A stretch of DNA of 64,000 bases from the human T2T-CHM13v2.0 reference genome, Homo sapiens (GCF_009914755.1 NC_060934.1), one strand, 5' to 3'; shown: positions 15,234-29,869, numbered from the stretch's first letter. A program made the numbers and translations. Notes: generated by a model from the sequence alone, not told the origin.

Positions 15234-15436
15234 ATATGAAAAAGTAAATCAACATTTTTGCTACTTGACCCAACAAAAGTTTATTTCTTTCTCTCATCAT
15301 GGCCAAATATTGTGTCTATTGGTGTGGATGGAGAGGAATTCTGGCCTCCATATAGCCACAGAAAAAATTGGGAATGAATTTAGAAATACAGAACCCATCT
15401 CGCAGCTCATCCCTCTAGGGCTGCAGGATAATTTTA

Positions 15437-15733
<297 letters not shown>

Positions 15734-16042
15734 TCATACAGAACTTGGCTTACCGAATGATCAATACACATTAACTCTCTTTTTTCCTTTCATATCTGGG
15801 AATAAAGTTGATGAAGCTGCATCATCTAGCCCAGGAACTAGAATATATCTTTTTTCTTACATTGGTCAGAACTCAGAAACTTGGCTCTGCTTACCTGCAA
15901 GGGCATCTGGTAAATATAGTCTTCCTGTGTGCCTGAGAGGGAAATGAAATGTTTTGATAGATACATCATAACCCTGTCTTTGCTGTGTAGGGCTTTTCTG
16001 CTTTGTTCAATGTTATAATCCAAGCATCTAGAATAGCTCATA

Positions 16043-16538
16043 CAGTAGTTCCTGCTAATTCATGAGGGACATGTTCCAAGGCCACAGAGAACGCCTGAAA
16101 CCATGGATATTACTGAATCCCATGTTTTTATTTTTTAATTATTTTCTTAGATACAGCATCTCAATCTGTCACCCATACCAGAGTTGTAGTGGTGGTATTA
16201 TATGTCGCTGCTGCCTCAAACTTCTGGTCTCAAGTGATCCTCCTGCCTCAGCCTGTGGCGTAGCTGGGACTACAGGCGCAAGCCACCACACCTGGCTAAA
16301 ACTATATTTTCTTTTATACATGCACACCTATGATAAAGTTAATTTATAAATTAGGCACAGTAAGAGATTAACAACAATAACTTATGATAAGATAGAATAA
16401 TTATAACAATATACTGTACTAGACACTATGTGAAGATGATCTATCTCTCTCAAAATACTATAATATTTTTGGACCATAATTGACTATAGATAACTGAAGT
16501 CACAGAAGGTATATTTGTGGAGAAGATGGGGGACTACT
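16043..16538. mobile_element. MER44 (TcMar-Tigger) with nested old Alu right monomer (16125-16298, minus strand)
   Basis: Terminal inverted repeats cagtagt.../...ggggactactg; internal ttaggcacagtaagagattaacaac. Confidence 0.8.
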
Positions 16539-16576
16539 GTATTAGACTCTGAAACATGCTTATTGCATTAGTAATT

Positions 16577-16925
16577 GCTATGATTTGAATGTTTGTCCCC
16601 TCCACAACTCATGTGGAAATTTGTCATTATAACAGTATTACGAAGTGGGACATTTAAGAGGAATTATGTCATGAGGGTTACACCCACCTTATGGGTGGGA
16701 CGGGTGTCATTCTCAAAGGACAATTTAGCTCCCTTTGCTCTCTCTGATCCTCTCTGCCCTTCCTTCCATCATGGACTGATGAGCAGGAAGGCCCTTATCA
16801 GATATTGGCCAGCCCCCAATCCTAGACTTTCCAGTCTCCAGAAATGAGAGCCAATACATTTCTATTCATCGTAAATTACACAGTCTGCGGTATGCTGTTT
16901 TAGCAGTACAAAACAGACTAATACA
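16577..16925 (+). mobile_element. MST-type LTR (ERVL-MaLR)
   Basis: tgctatgatttgaatgtttgtcccctcc...aaacagactaataca. Confidence 0.8.
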
Positions 16926-16929
16926 GTAA

Positions 16930-17500
16930 TGAAAAAGGAAAATGCCAACATAAAATCAATAATAAATACAAGGAATTCTGAAGGAATAAGCTTAAGCATA
17001 TTAGTTATTAAAATAAATACAAACAACTGAATTCTCTCATCTAAAGACAGATGTTAGGTGAGCACAGCAAAGCACAGCTATCTACTGTTTAAAAGAAACA
17101 CCCTTCAATGATAAGATGGAAAATGAAGGGAAGGGAGAAGGGATACTAATCAAATGCATTTAAAAAAATTGGAAAACATAAAGTTAAAAAGTAGCAATAT
17201 TAATGAGCAGCGAGATGCAAGGGAAGGTTAATGGGATGAATCAGGATAAAATGAGACATTAAGTAATGATAAAAGCACAATTTATCAAGATGATATCCAG
17301 CCGTTAACCAATATAAACCTATCTACATAGCAACTAAGTATATATGGCAAAACATATTAGATTTATAAGAGTTTGTTGCAAACATAATTATAATTGAAAC
17401 CTCCAACATATCATTTGTCATAGTTAAATAGATCTATATATAAATATATATAAGAACACAAATAAATTAACTAAGACTATGAATGCCATAAATAGCTGGG
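16930..17500 (+). mobile_element. Old L1M fragment (ORF2 endonuclease region)
   Basis: A-rich decayed L1 ORF2-like sequence (ctatctactgttt...gaaacaccc, gtagcaatattaat, taatgataaaag). Confidence 0.55.
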
Positions 17501-18243
17501 AATTTAAATGAAATTCCTGCATATTAGCAAAGAAAAATAAATCACAGACAATGGCAGAAATTATAAAAGAAAGCTAGCTAGCTAATATGTTCTGGTGAGT
17601 GACTCCTTTTATGGGCCTCGTTTATTTGTTTCAAAAACATTTCCTTAAGTGTCTCTTTCTAATTAAATCCCATTATGCACAATGATGGACTCTGTATTTA
17701 GTCCTTATTGATACAATACTGCTGCACTCTCTATTAATCCAAATATACAGAAGATGTTGGGAGTCAGAGTGCAGTGCTGGGGAAAGGGCTAACCCCGGAT
17801 GCCAAAACTGGTTTTGAGTCCTGCCCTTGTTATCACTGATGCAATTTAAAATCTCTGATAGTTGCAGTATGTATCTTGAATCCCAAACTGGAGTTCAAGT
17901 TTGAGATATTACTTACTAGTTATATGATCTTGGACAATTTACTTACCCTTATTGAGATTCAACATTCTTATATAAAAATGGAGAAACAATCTCTCGGGAT
18001 GCAAGTCTGTCTACAACTTAACAACATTTTACAGGATAGTACAAAATAGTTAATCTCCTAGGATCCAAAACGCCTCTACAATCTTTTTTTTTTTTTTTCC
18101 AAATAAGAAGCTGTATTTGTGTTAGAATAACTAAAAGACTGATGAAGACAGTGTTTGCAAAATAAAATAATGCTTTCCTCAAAGGAACAACAAAGGATTA
18201 ATTAAATGAGTGTTAAAAAAAAAGTCTTTGCTTCTATTTCTCA

Positions 18244-18604
<361 letters not shown>

Positions 18605-19599
18605 TTACATGCTTGTTTTGACTTCTATACATGCCAGTAGTGGTGCCTCATACAGGACTTGGCTTACTGAATGATCAATACACATTAACTATCTTTTTTC
18701 CTTTCATACCTGGGAATAAAGTTGACGAAGCTGCATCATTGCTCTTACTGTCATAACCACTGATGTTATCCCTACTCAATAAGCCCTTCCTGAAGAGGCC
18801 AGATGATTTCCTTTTTTACACTTATGTCATTATTGAAAATGAGGAATTGGTGATCTACAAAATAAGTTGTGATACTGGAAGGAAAACGCCAATGTGTGCT
18901 TATACGTGTAAGGCACAAGGGGATTAAAAACATGCCTGGGCAGGCAAAAAAAAAAGGGTGTAGATGTTAAAAATCTTTATAGGAGAAAGACAGAAGTTGT
19001 GGGAAATGGATAAACTGGAAATAGAAAATAAAAAGGAAAAAAAACAAACAGAAAATAAGTCAATGCAACATTTGTCTCAAACCTTTGCAATATATGAGGG
19101 AGAAAAGTAGATATGGAAGAGTATAAATATTTTAACAAAAGGAAAAAATGAATAAAATGAAAAGATACAACACAGTGGATATTTTATCTACCTTGAATAT
19201 TTCTGTGAAATCGAATCACAAAAAGTACTAAGAAGGAATATTAATGCAACCTAAACTTAAAGCTACCATAAATACATACACACATATAGCACACTGAGAA
19301 GTGAGTAGACCTCAAACTTAAAGTGCATAAGATTAACCCTGGGAATTTATTAAACATACAGCTCATAGAATTTGCATTTTTATCATGCACTGTAGCTGAT
19401 TCTGATACAGATTGTCAACAGTCTATAGTTGAGAAACACTGTCTGGTTGAACTATACTTCAACATTACCCCCGGAGAGATGAATGTCCTCCTAGTATTTT
19501 CATCCTGTTTCATGGGTGGGATTATAGACTCAGGACAACTTAGAGAACTGAAAATCATGTTTTTAGCTATGCAGCAGATACCACTATACTCTGAATGAA

Positions 19600-20310
19600 T
19601 ACTCTGTATCAAGCAGAACACTCACGAGGCTTTTTTGTAACCAGTGGATTTTGGCTACGAGAGAAAAAGAGATAGCAAACAAGCTTGGCACAAGATTCAG
19701 AAGAAAAGAGACTTGAAGCCTCCCTGGAAGAGAAGATAAGACAACCTGCAATGCTTAGAGGATATTTAATTTCAGCATTCTGAAATTTGGGGAATTATAA
19801 TAGCAGATGATGATTATGCTCTCCACAGATTTATTAAAATACATTTTAAAAAAATGCATTTTTATGAAACAAATAGAGCTTACTTTAAGGGATCCCTGAA
19901 TGATTATTATTTTTCAGTATCAAATAGAATTCAAAGAAGAAAGCTGTTTAATGTTCATTTATGAAGGACTGCCAAAAATTCAAAGGTAGAAGATTCTCTG
20001 CTTGAAAAAGCAGAACAATCAGCACAAATGGAAGATTTTGAGAGTAATGTCAAGACGGTGTGTGTGTACAATATGAAGATAATAAAACAAATACATAATT
20101 GTAAGCATTGCATATAATGGGGTATAATAACTTCTAAATACTTCATTTCTAAGAAAAGGATATCCACTTATAAACGATATAAATCTGAAGTTCTCATTAC
20201 ATAAATTCTGCAGTAGTTTGGTTTTGGAGTTGTGGTGCAAACAGAACCACATAGAATATACAAAATACGCACCTACTATGAGCGAGATTGTGCTTGTGCT
20301 TTTATCAATT
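19600..20310 (+). mobile_element. Very old non-LTR RT relic (R4/Dong- or RTE-like)
   Basis: Ordered decayed motifs QWIL, YFKGSL, FMKD (YMDD-like), SLLEKAE, FGFGVV..KIRT. Confidence 0.35.
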
Positions 20311-21624
20311 AAGATAATGTTCAGCTGCAAGAGCCACAAAACTCAATTAAACCATGGTTTGAGTAAATTGTGGGTTTTATTTTTCTGAAGTTGTGGGAAG
20401 TACAGAGGTGTAGGAGTCTGGGGCTGTTACAGCACTGCAGACTCATCAGAGATCCAGTTCCTTAAGTTCTTCTCATCTACCATCGTAGCATGTGGTTTTC
20501 CAAACTCATGCAGCTGCCTTCGAATTGCAGGAAGGCTGCTCTGTCCAGCCTCCAGGCTGAAGAAAGAGGGCACCCAGCAAATGGCATGTGGCAATTAAAT
20601 CTGTCTTTAGAAAGAGCTTTTCTGAAAGCCCCATTTGGAAATTATCTGCTCCAGTCTTATAAAACAGCACTGTGTCACATGACCACCCTACATGGTACAA
20701 AGAAGGCTGCAAAATTCAGGATTTTAGTTGGCTACGTTGACACTTTGAATAGATGTGGTACAGTGGCGAGTAGATATCAAGTAGGCAAATAGCAATGTCT
20801 ACCAAATTAGATATATTATCTAATTTAATTGTTTTACAAATTACATGCATTTCATTTCTTCAATAGATGAGGAACTGAAACATAGAAATGTTAAGTAACT
20901 TATCTAAGGTCAAACATGGTTACTGAAAGGTACAGTCTGGTATGAAAGCCCATATAATTAAATGCGAATATCTTTTCCCACTATATCACATTCCTTTAGG
21001 TACCACCAAGCCAAATATTTTCAGATGGTAATTTTCAGAAAAATGTGTATATCATGAATACTTCAGTCAGATGTATTTTGATGGTGGAGACTACATTTCC
21101 TCACCTGAGACTGAAAATTTATTTAGGGCACCGACCATGTCTTCAACACTTTTGCATTCCCAGTGCGTAGTCCAGGGTTGTATCAGTAGAAACCTTGAGA
21201 TGCTGGCTAAATGTGGATTAAGAAATTGTATTTTAAGCTCACAGAATTTGACAAGATTTTAAAATTTTATTTATTCTAATATCCTCACAAGGTTCACAGA
21301 GCATGTTATAGAGTAGGCATTGAGTAAATATTTGCTAACTTTAAATAAGTAATTAAAATTTGATTTTATTGCGAGATATCAGAGAAACATATATGCAGAG
21401 AAAAAAGCATGACAGTAAAAGGAGTAGTTTGTATTAGAGTCATGAGTTTGACACAAAGCTCACAGGGAGCTGGAAATGTATGAATGGATAAATTGGCCTT
21501 TGCTGCACTTCAATATGATGAATTTCATTGAGTCACTAAAAAATATTTGTTGAGCACCTACTTTATATCAGACATTGTGTTGGATGTCATAGATACAATG
21601 AATAAAACAACACAAACACGTCCT

Positions 21625-22848
21625 TGTGGCTTAAATTTTGTCTTCTAAAGATGTATATGTTATGTCCTGCCCAAGACTATAGGAATCCAACTCTTGCATC
21701 AAGGTAACCCAGATGTGAGGACATGGATTCAAATGAGATCATTTTGGAGCTTTATGATTTGACTGCCCTGCTGGATTTCAGACTTGCATGGGGCCTGTAG
21801 TCCCTTCATTTTGGTCAATTTCTCCAATTTGGAATGGGTGTATTTACCCAATGCCTTTACCCACATTGTATCTAGGAAGTAACTAACTTGCTTTGATTTT
21901 ACAGGCTCATAGGTGGAAGGTACTTGCCTTGTCTCACATCGGACTTTGGACTGTGGACTTTTGAGTTAAGGCTGAAATGAGTAAAGACTTTGGGAGACTG
22001 TCAGAAGGGCATGATTGTGTTATGAATTATGAGGACATGAGATTTGGGAAGGGTGGTAGGCAGAATGATATGATTTGGCTGTCTCCCCACCCAAATTTCA
22101 TCTTGAACCGTAGTTCCCATAATCCCCACATATCATGGTGGGAGGGACCCAGTGGGAGACAATTGAATCACGGGGGTGGGTTTTCCCATGCTGTTCTCAT
22201 GATAGTGAATAAGTCTCACGAGATCTGAGGGTTTTATAAAGGGTGGTTCCCCTGCACATGTTCTCTTGCCTGCCGCCATGTAAGATGTGCCTTTGTTCCT
22301 TCTTTGCCTTCTGCCATGATTGTGAGGCCTTCCCAGCCATGTGGAACTGTGAGTCCATTAAACCTCTTTTTCTTTATAAATTACCCAGTCTCAGTTATAT
22401 CTTTATTAGCAGTATGAGAATGGGCTAATACAAGTCCTAATACCAGTAACTCCAATTACCTTATTTGGAGATGGAGGTCTTTAAACAGGTAATCAAGTTA
22501 CAATGGGGTCTTTAGCATGGGCGCTAATCGAATATAACTGATATCCTTATCAAAAGGGGAAATTTGGACACAGACATGCACATAGGGAGAACACCATGTA
22601 AAGATGAAGGGAGAGATTGGGGCAATGCTTCTACAAGCCAAGAAACAGCAAAGATTGCCAGCGAACCATCAGAAGCTAGGAGAGTGACATAGGACAGATT
22701 CTGCCTCACAATCCTGAGATGGAACAAACACTGCTGACACCTTGATTTCAGACTTCCACCTTCCAGAACTGAGAGAGGATACGTTACTTCTCTTTAAGCC
22801 CTCTACTTTCTGGTGCTTTGTTATGGAAGCCCTAGATAACTAACACAC
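21625..22848 (+). mobile_element. MLT1 LTR split by THE1
   Basis: 5' part 21625-21668, remainder 22433-22848 (ttggacacagacatgca...cagacttccaccttccagaactgag). Confidence 0.75.
21669..22432 (+). mobile_element. THE1 internal 3' end plus 3' LTR nested in an MLT1 LTR
   Basis: THE1-int at 21669-22064; LTR 22065-22432 (tgatatgatttggctg...ctaataca). Confidence 0.9.
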
Positions 22849-22849
22849 A

Positions 22850-23560
22850 GTGAAGCCCCTGCCTCACAGAGCTTTACATTCTAGTGTGGAGCAGAAAAGG
22901 AAATAGAAAATTACCAGAGAGACATGGTTATTCTTTATATGGTGGTAAATTGTTAGGAGTAAAGAAAAGTAGGGTGAGGAGGATAGGAAGTGCTGCTTTA
23001 TATGATGTGACCTCTGATAAGATGCCATCAGGAGTGAAAGAAGGTGAGAGATTGAGCTTTGTAAATGTCTGAAAGAAGAGCATTATAGGCAGATGCAGCA
23101 GCCAGCCCATGGCTCTGAGGAAGAAGAATGTATTTTGGTTAGAAGAACTGCTAAGAGGTTAATGTGGCTGAATTGGATGGAGTAAGGGAGAGGGGAAAGG
23201 TAGGAGGAGTGTGGTCAGAGAAGACCACATAGATTGTATAGGTCCATTTTAGATTCTGATGGTGACTTTGGCTTCTATTCCAGAGATGCCATGGGAGGGA
23301 TGTTCAAAGCAAAGGGATAGTGTGATCTGATTTAAGTTTTAAAGGGATCTCTCTGGGCTGTGTGGAAAGATAACATAGGTAGGGAGCAAAGGTGGAAGCA
23401 GATAAATCAGGGAGAAGCCTTCTGTAGTAAAACCATCCAGGTGAGAGAAGTGGTTGGCTTGAACCAGCTTGTTGGTTGGTAGAAGACAGAAGGGGCTACG
23501 TGAACAGTTAGACAAAGCATTGCATATACAAGGAAATGCTTGACAGAGGAATGGAGACAA
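22850..23560 (-). mobile_element. L2 fragment (continues from 21525-21625)
   Basis: L2 3' motifs in reverse (atttgttgagcacctact, gctttacattctagtg, gtgatctgattta). Confidence 0.75.
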
Positions 23561-23870
23561 GTTTTCTAGAGGATGCTTCAAGGAGTTTCCACTTAGGAGA
23601 AGCACCTTAGAGGGGACATTGAATATTAGCACTGGAAGGAAGTTGGTGCAGAAGAGAATTTGGCTTGCTGTAGCCATGCAGTCATCCAGAGCGATGAGGT
23701 TATCAGCCATTACAAGATTCACTCCTCCCACTCATATCTTTGATTGACATTTCTGGTCCCCAGCGTGCTGCTCTCACATTTTGGTCCCTGCAATGAGCAA
23801 ATGAATTTCGTTTCCTCTAGTGAAAGCTCAATTTGAACAACGGGGGAAAGGTTTTATTTAAATCTCCTAC

Positions 23871-23910
23871 AGCTTTGAACTCATCTTGGATTCACCATCC
23901 ATCTGTCAAC
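23871..23910 (-). pseudogene. Candidate distal pseudo-exon
   Basis: Very strong acceptor tttttcttttttcag|G, phase 0; donor gtagga, or the exon extends further. Confidence 0.4.
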
Positions 23911-24685
23911 CTGAAAAAAGAAAAATTACTTAAAACAAAAATTCAAACTGAATTGACACCAAATAAAATATCAAATGCTGGTAGCAAGAATGATCCAATA
24001 GGAAGTGCTTAACAGCATGAAAGCTCAAAAACTGGTTGAAAAATTATTTGCATCTAGCTGTTTAAATATTTTGTTTAGTTGCCATACAAATTACCTTATT
24101 TTAGACTCCAAATTTTTTAAGAGCAAAAAAAAAAAAAGAAATTTAAAAACACAGAAGTTTAAAGTAAAATGTAAAGATAACATGACTTTGAGTTCAGTGA
24201 GATTGTATCTAATTTTGAAATATAGTAAGTTAATTAAATAGCTTCTTAATTTTGCAGCAGGAACAAATCTCAGTCTACAAAATGTGGGGTGGATGTGTGA
24301 TAACTGGCCATAGACATACTGAATTTAAAGGGTAAATACTTGAAACCTATCACCTGAGTTTGAATCCCAGCACTTTTTTTACAAGTTGAGGAAATTTGTT
24401 AACCCATGCTTCAGCTGCATCTCTAAAATGGGAATAAAAATAGAACCGACTTTATAATATTGCTGTAGGTTTTCAGTGAGTTAAGTCATGTAAAGTAAAT
24501 AGAGTGACTGCCTTGATTAAGCCTTAAAAACTTAAGCTGTATTATTATTTTTTATTATTTAAATTTCCTAATTTTCTATTTAAAGTTACATTTCACTGGC
24601 TTAGAGAAAAGTGTAAACACATTTCGTTTATCTAATTCCAGCTTCCTGGGATTTGCATCAAACTTTGGGAAGAGGCATGACTTAC

Positions 24686-24894
24686 ACAGGGCCTAAGCAT
24701 TGGTGCTCTTGGAGGACACGGAGCTTGGGGGTTGGGCAGATTCTCTGTGGCATTGACGATCCTTGTCTTATTTTCTTCTCATTGGAGCAGGAGGCAGGGA
24801 AAGAAATGCATGGCTCAGCAGCAGCAGCATGCATATTTATTGCTGAAGGTCTTCTCCCAGACATTTTGGATTTTTTTCCATTTGTTACCTTCAC
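24686..24894 (-). pseudogene. Pseudo-exon
   Basis: Acceptor gattttctag, donor TGT|gtaagt; phase 1->0. (G)EGNKWKKIQNVWEKTFSNKY... Confidence 0.5.
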
Positions 24895-25626
24895 CTAGAA
24901 AATCTTTAGTGTATTAATCTGCAGAGGGCATCTGGTCCTTTGTCTATACCATGAAATCTGTTATTCTGTACCTTTATTTCTTCTGAGCTAAGGATTGGAT
25001 AACCTCAAATATTTTTCTCTCTCTCTTTTTATTGCCAAGATCTCCCTTCCCTAAGGCAATGGAAGAAGACATACAGGAGAGAAGGAACTACAAATAAGAG
25101 AGATCACCTTGAACAAAAGTTCGAAAGTCCATGAAGCTATATAGTTTTTTTTCTTTTTGAATTTGTTCATATGCTTGATCTGTGCCAGGAATTGTCCTGA
25201 AATTTATGATATAAAGAAAAATTAAGCAAATCATTTAATTAAATTGCGTACTGTCACTTGGAGAAGATGGGCAAGCAAACTAATGACTATAATAATTAGA
25301 GTGGAGTGTGATGAGACTCAGAGTATGTAGATATAAAACATTCCACAAAAGACCATTTGTAGTAGTGACCCTCTGTAGGGAAAGATATGCATTCCAACAT
25401 TGGTTTTACTTGAAGTGAGTTGATAAAAATGAAGCTTACCAGACTGCATATGAGCAAGGCGGGACTTTGGAATTGGAAAGGGAATGTGGGGATAGCACTG
25501 GAGAAGCAGGATAGGGCTGCAGCAACACTGATCGACAGGGAACACTAAACAAGGTGGACTGTTTTCTGTGGGTGAAGTCTGCGTGCTTTAACAAAGTAAG
25601 ATACTTCGTATCTTAAGAAAATTAGC

Positions 25627-25916
25627 ACTCGTAAGTGGGAGTCGAACAATGAGAACACATGGACACAGGAAGGGGAACATCACACATCGGGGCCTGTCAG
25701 GGGCGTAGGGGGAAAGGAGAGGGAGAACAGTAGGACAAATACCTAATGCACACGGGGCTTAAAACCTAGATGGCAGGTTGACAGGTGCAGCAAACCGCCA
25801 TGGCACATGTAAACCTATGTAACAAGCTTGCACATTCAGCACATGTATCCCAGAACTTACAGTAAAAATTAAAAACTAATAATAGTAAAATAAAATACAG
25901 CTATTAAAAAAAAAGA
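25627..25916 (+). mobile_element. 5'-truncated L1PA inserted in a MIR
   Basis: L1 3'UTR plus poly(A); TSD aagaaaattagc at 25615-25626 and 25917-25928. Confidence 0.9.
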
Positions 25917-26026
25917 AAGAAAATTAGCTCACCTCTCTGAAACTCAGTTTTCTCATCTATAAAATACCATCACTAGCAAGGATGCTATGAGGATGAGGGA
26001 GGAGGATGTCATTCAGATTCCCAAAC

Positions 26027-26216
26027 CTATAATACGTAGACGGTAGTTTCAAGGAAGGATGTGGATTCTATTCGTTTGCCTTGGTAATGGCTAAGTGATG
26101 TAAAATTAGAAATTTCTAAATTCATCCATACGTAGCTTCTGACATCTGCAGACCACATCGAAAAGGTTATCACACTAACGGGGTGCCGAGTGGAGTAATT
26201 ATTTCCAGTCAAATAT
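26027..26216 (-). pseudogene. Pseudo-exon
   Basis: Acceptor tttctatatgtattttcaag, donor TAG|gtttgg; phase 0->1 bridges neighbours; locally CpG-rich. IFDWK*LLHSAPR*CDNLFDVVCRCQKLRMDEFRNF... Confidence 0.45.
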
Positions 26217-26654
26217 CTTGAAAATACATATAGAAAGTTACCAAGACTAGAGGAGAAGGTAGTGGGAGCATGAGGGTAAGACTTTAAAATACCTGGATTC
26301 AACTGAGTTCCCAACTAATTATTAGACAATAGTTTCCTCCATTGCAGTCAACCCTTCCTGATTTTTTTCTTTTTAAAAGAAGACATTTAAAAAATCTTTT
26401 TATTGGTGTAGTCACTTGCATGATGGCCTGGTTTGACTGAGGTGTTAGAATAGGGTAAGGCAGGATTTTACCTTCCTCCAACCCACTGTAGGTGATTTGC
26501 AATTCAATGAGCAATAATTTATATAATTCCAAATATGGAGTGTGTGTATGTGTGTATTTTAATGGACATCTTTTGGAAATGCCCAGAAAATCTGGAAAAT
26601 TATGGCGCCAAAGATGGCCTGAATGAAAGCATTAGTAGAAATTAGTATAAAGTT

Positions 26655-27405
26655 TTTGCTTAGTCTTGCTTTGGCTATGTGGGCTCTTTTTTGGTTTCAT
26701 ATGAATTTTAGGATTGTTTTTTCTAGTTCTGTGAAGAATGATGGTGATATTGTGATGGGAATTGCATTGAATTTGTAGATTGCTTTTGGCAGCATGGTCA
26801 TTTTCACAATATTGATTCTACCCATCCATGAGCATGGGATGTGTTTCCATTTGTTTGTGTCATCTATGATTTCTTTCAGCAGTGTTTTGTAGTTTTCCTT
26901 GTAGAGGTCTTTCATCTCCTTGGTTAGGTATATTCCTAAGTATTTTTTTATTTGTATTTTTTTGTGGCTCTTGTAAAAGGGGTTGAGTTTTTTATTTGAT
27001 TGTCAGCTTGATTGCTGTTGGTGTAGAGCAGTGCTACTGATTTGTGTACATTAATTTTGTATCCTGAAACTTTGCTAGATTCATTTATCAGTTCTAGGCA
27101 TTTTTTGGATGCATTTTTAGGGTTTTCTAGGTATACAATCATATTATTGGCAAACAACAGTTTTACTTCCTCTTTGCTAATGTGGGTGCCCTTTATTTCT
27201 TTCTCTTGTCTGATTGCTCTGGTTAGGACTTCCCATATTTTGCTGAATAGAAGTGGTGAGAGTGGGCATCCTTGTCTTGTTCCAGCTCTCAGGGGGAATG
27301 CTTTCAACTTTTCCCCATTCAGTATGAAGCTGGCTGTAGGTTTGCCATAGATGGCTTTTATGACTTCGAGGTATGTCTCTTCTATGCCAGTTTTGTTGAG
27401 GTTTA
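26655..27405 (-). mobile_element. L1P ORF2 RT fragment
   Basis: ORFs 26697-26915 and 26948-27475 carry L1 RT motifs ([21 protein letters not shown]). Confidence 0.95.
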
Positions 27406-28128
27406 TACTTCCCAAAAGTATACCTACAATGAGAAAGAAAATTGGTGGGATTATGTGAAAAGATTCAATAAGCATTCACTTGCCATATGCTATTGGAAAG
27501 GCACTAGAGGCGGAAGAAAATCACAGTTCACCTAATTAATTATGATATAGATATATTGCTACTAGTTATAATCCAAGGCATAATAATTCTACATGCTAAA
27601 TGGAGATCCCATCATCATTCATAGAAAAGTAGAGCAGGTAACATTATTTCAGGAAATCAGGGATAGCTTCTGGAGGAATTAGGCCTTGAAAGATGGGAAG
27701 AGTTTGTTAGAGGAAGACTTGGGAGTTCATCAGGAAAGATATTTAAGCTAATGGAATGGCAGGAACAAAAAGATGATGTGTGTTGTGTACAGGGTTCTAT
27801 TTCGGGGAGTGTGAGCAGAACAGAATGCTTGGAGTTTTGGGGAAAAGGGGAGAAAGGGTGTTCTTTATTTTTTGTTGTTTAATCTTTCAGTGATTTCCTA
27901 TGAAAGAACTTTAAAATGCCAGATACCTTCTGCATTTGAAGAATGATTTTTTTTCACATAAGCAGACACCATTGTGTAAAACAAAATATAGTAAACAAAG
28001 CCAACCAGGCTTTAACGATGGACAAGCCCGACTTCAGAAGCTACAGTGCCTTGCCACTAAATATGAGCCTGACTTGAAGAGTAGTTAACAAAATCATTTT
28101 TTAAAAATGTGAGTTCATCTTGTCTTAC

Positions 28129-28514
28129 CTCACACAGTTTCTTGATGGTATCAGTTGCTGCCTAATTTCCTGAGTCCTAACCTAAGAGTACCTCCTCCTG
28201 GTTAGGGTCTCAACTTGCCTTCTTAGAATGAATTCTTTTCACTACATTCTCACCATGGATCTTCTCTTTTCTTAAGTCATCAGTAAAGAGATTTTCTACC
28301 ATATCCACTACATTACAGTATTTGGCTGCTCTAGATGAATATCTTGGGCAGTTGGTCCAGGACTTACAATCCTCTACCTTGATCCTTTGGGTAGCCTTTC
28401 TGTTTGGTTCCTCTGTCTTAGACAGATGGGCAGGAGAGGGTTCCTCTTCTAGTATCTTCATGTCACAAGGTGTTATCCATGACGGGAAGTGGGGGCGAGT
28501 TGTCTTTGGCGTTT
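28129..28514 (-). pseudogene. Pseudo-exon
   Basis: Donor GAG|gtaaga; phase 1->0; about 100 open codons (includes ORF 28210-28461), then 3 stops, ending AATDTIKKLCE. Confidence 0.5.
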
Positions 28515-28799
28515 CTTTAGTGGAGTGCAGCTCAGAGCAGTGTTTCTTAAAATATGTCCATCATTTTGTGAAGTGGTATTCGTCATGATGATATTGCAAT
28601 TTAAATTCAGAAGTGTGAATAAAAGCATGGTATTAAAACAATTTATGAACCAAGGCTTCAATCATTAGTATGATAACTGCAAACACATATATAAACACAT
28701 GGCTGTTTGCCATGTAATCCTTCTTTCTTTTCTTTCATTTCTTTCTCTTGAGTAGACTTTCCCCTATTTTATTCTAACCCTTCCATCTATTAACCGTAA

Positions 28800-29104
<305 letters not shown>

Positions 29105-29869
29105 TGTGTGCCTTCATTGATACTAATGTAGATTGAAGCTGAAAAGATAGGAATAAAAAAAAAACCCAGAACATGTGGCAGCTATTACAAAGATTGATTA
29201 AATTGATGTTGTTAAGGGGAAAAACCCTTAAATAGCATCTATGATAGCATTTTAGTGACCATGGAAAATTTAATATTTTTTCTGATAGTGGACCACTTAC
29301 TCAAGTGAATCCTAAATTATATACAAAAATTACGTAACAAAGACAGCCATGAGTTGGACCCTGTTGGATAATAATCTAGTGTTTTCTAGATTCCAGAATT
29401 CTAGATTCAAGTGAGTAGAATTGGAATGTACTTTGATTTGGGGGAGTTTTCTGGAAACAATTGTGGATATCGTTTTTCAATATTGAATGAGTTGCCACCA
29501 GAGGTGTCATGTTGCTTGGAATCATCAATAACTCAGAAGTGACAGAGAACAGCCTGGGTATGCTCTGAAAGACATATAGATGTCACATGTTGAGAGCTTA
29601 ACCAGATGGCATTTTTACTCATGCAATAAATACATATTGAGTGTCCACAAAATGTCAGACTCTGTGATAGGGTCGAGCAATGAAAGAGTGAGAAAAAGAA
29701 ACAAATACCCTTCAGTCCTGGGATTTGAGATTTTTTCCCATCCTAGGAATCTAGGAATCTACAAATATGACCTTCAGTTTTACACAGAAGCTTCTTTTTT
29801 TAATTGTTAAATGGGGCTCAGTTGCACTACTTTACAGCCTAATTTTAAAAATTAGATAAAAGGATATGT

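Noticed and set aside
26948-27475. Longest ORF in the track (175 aa), with RT motifs
   Set aside because: Truncated L1 ORF2 fragment with a degenerate catalytic motif (FANN).
28129-28514. Superficial resemblance to a Gypsy/ERV RT (SKTEE...KY)
   Set aside because: No YxDD motif; the strong donor and phase match with the next exons favour a pseudogene exon.
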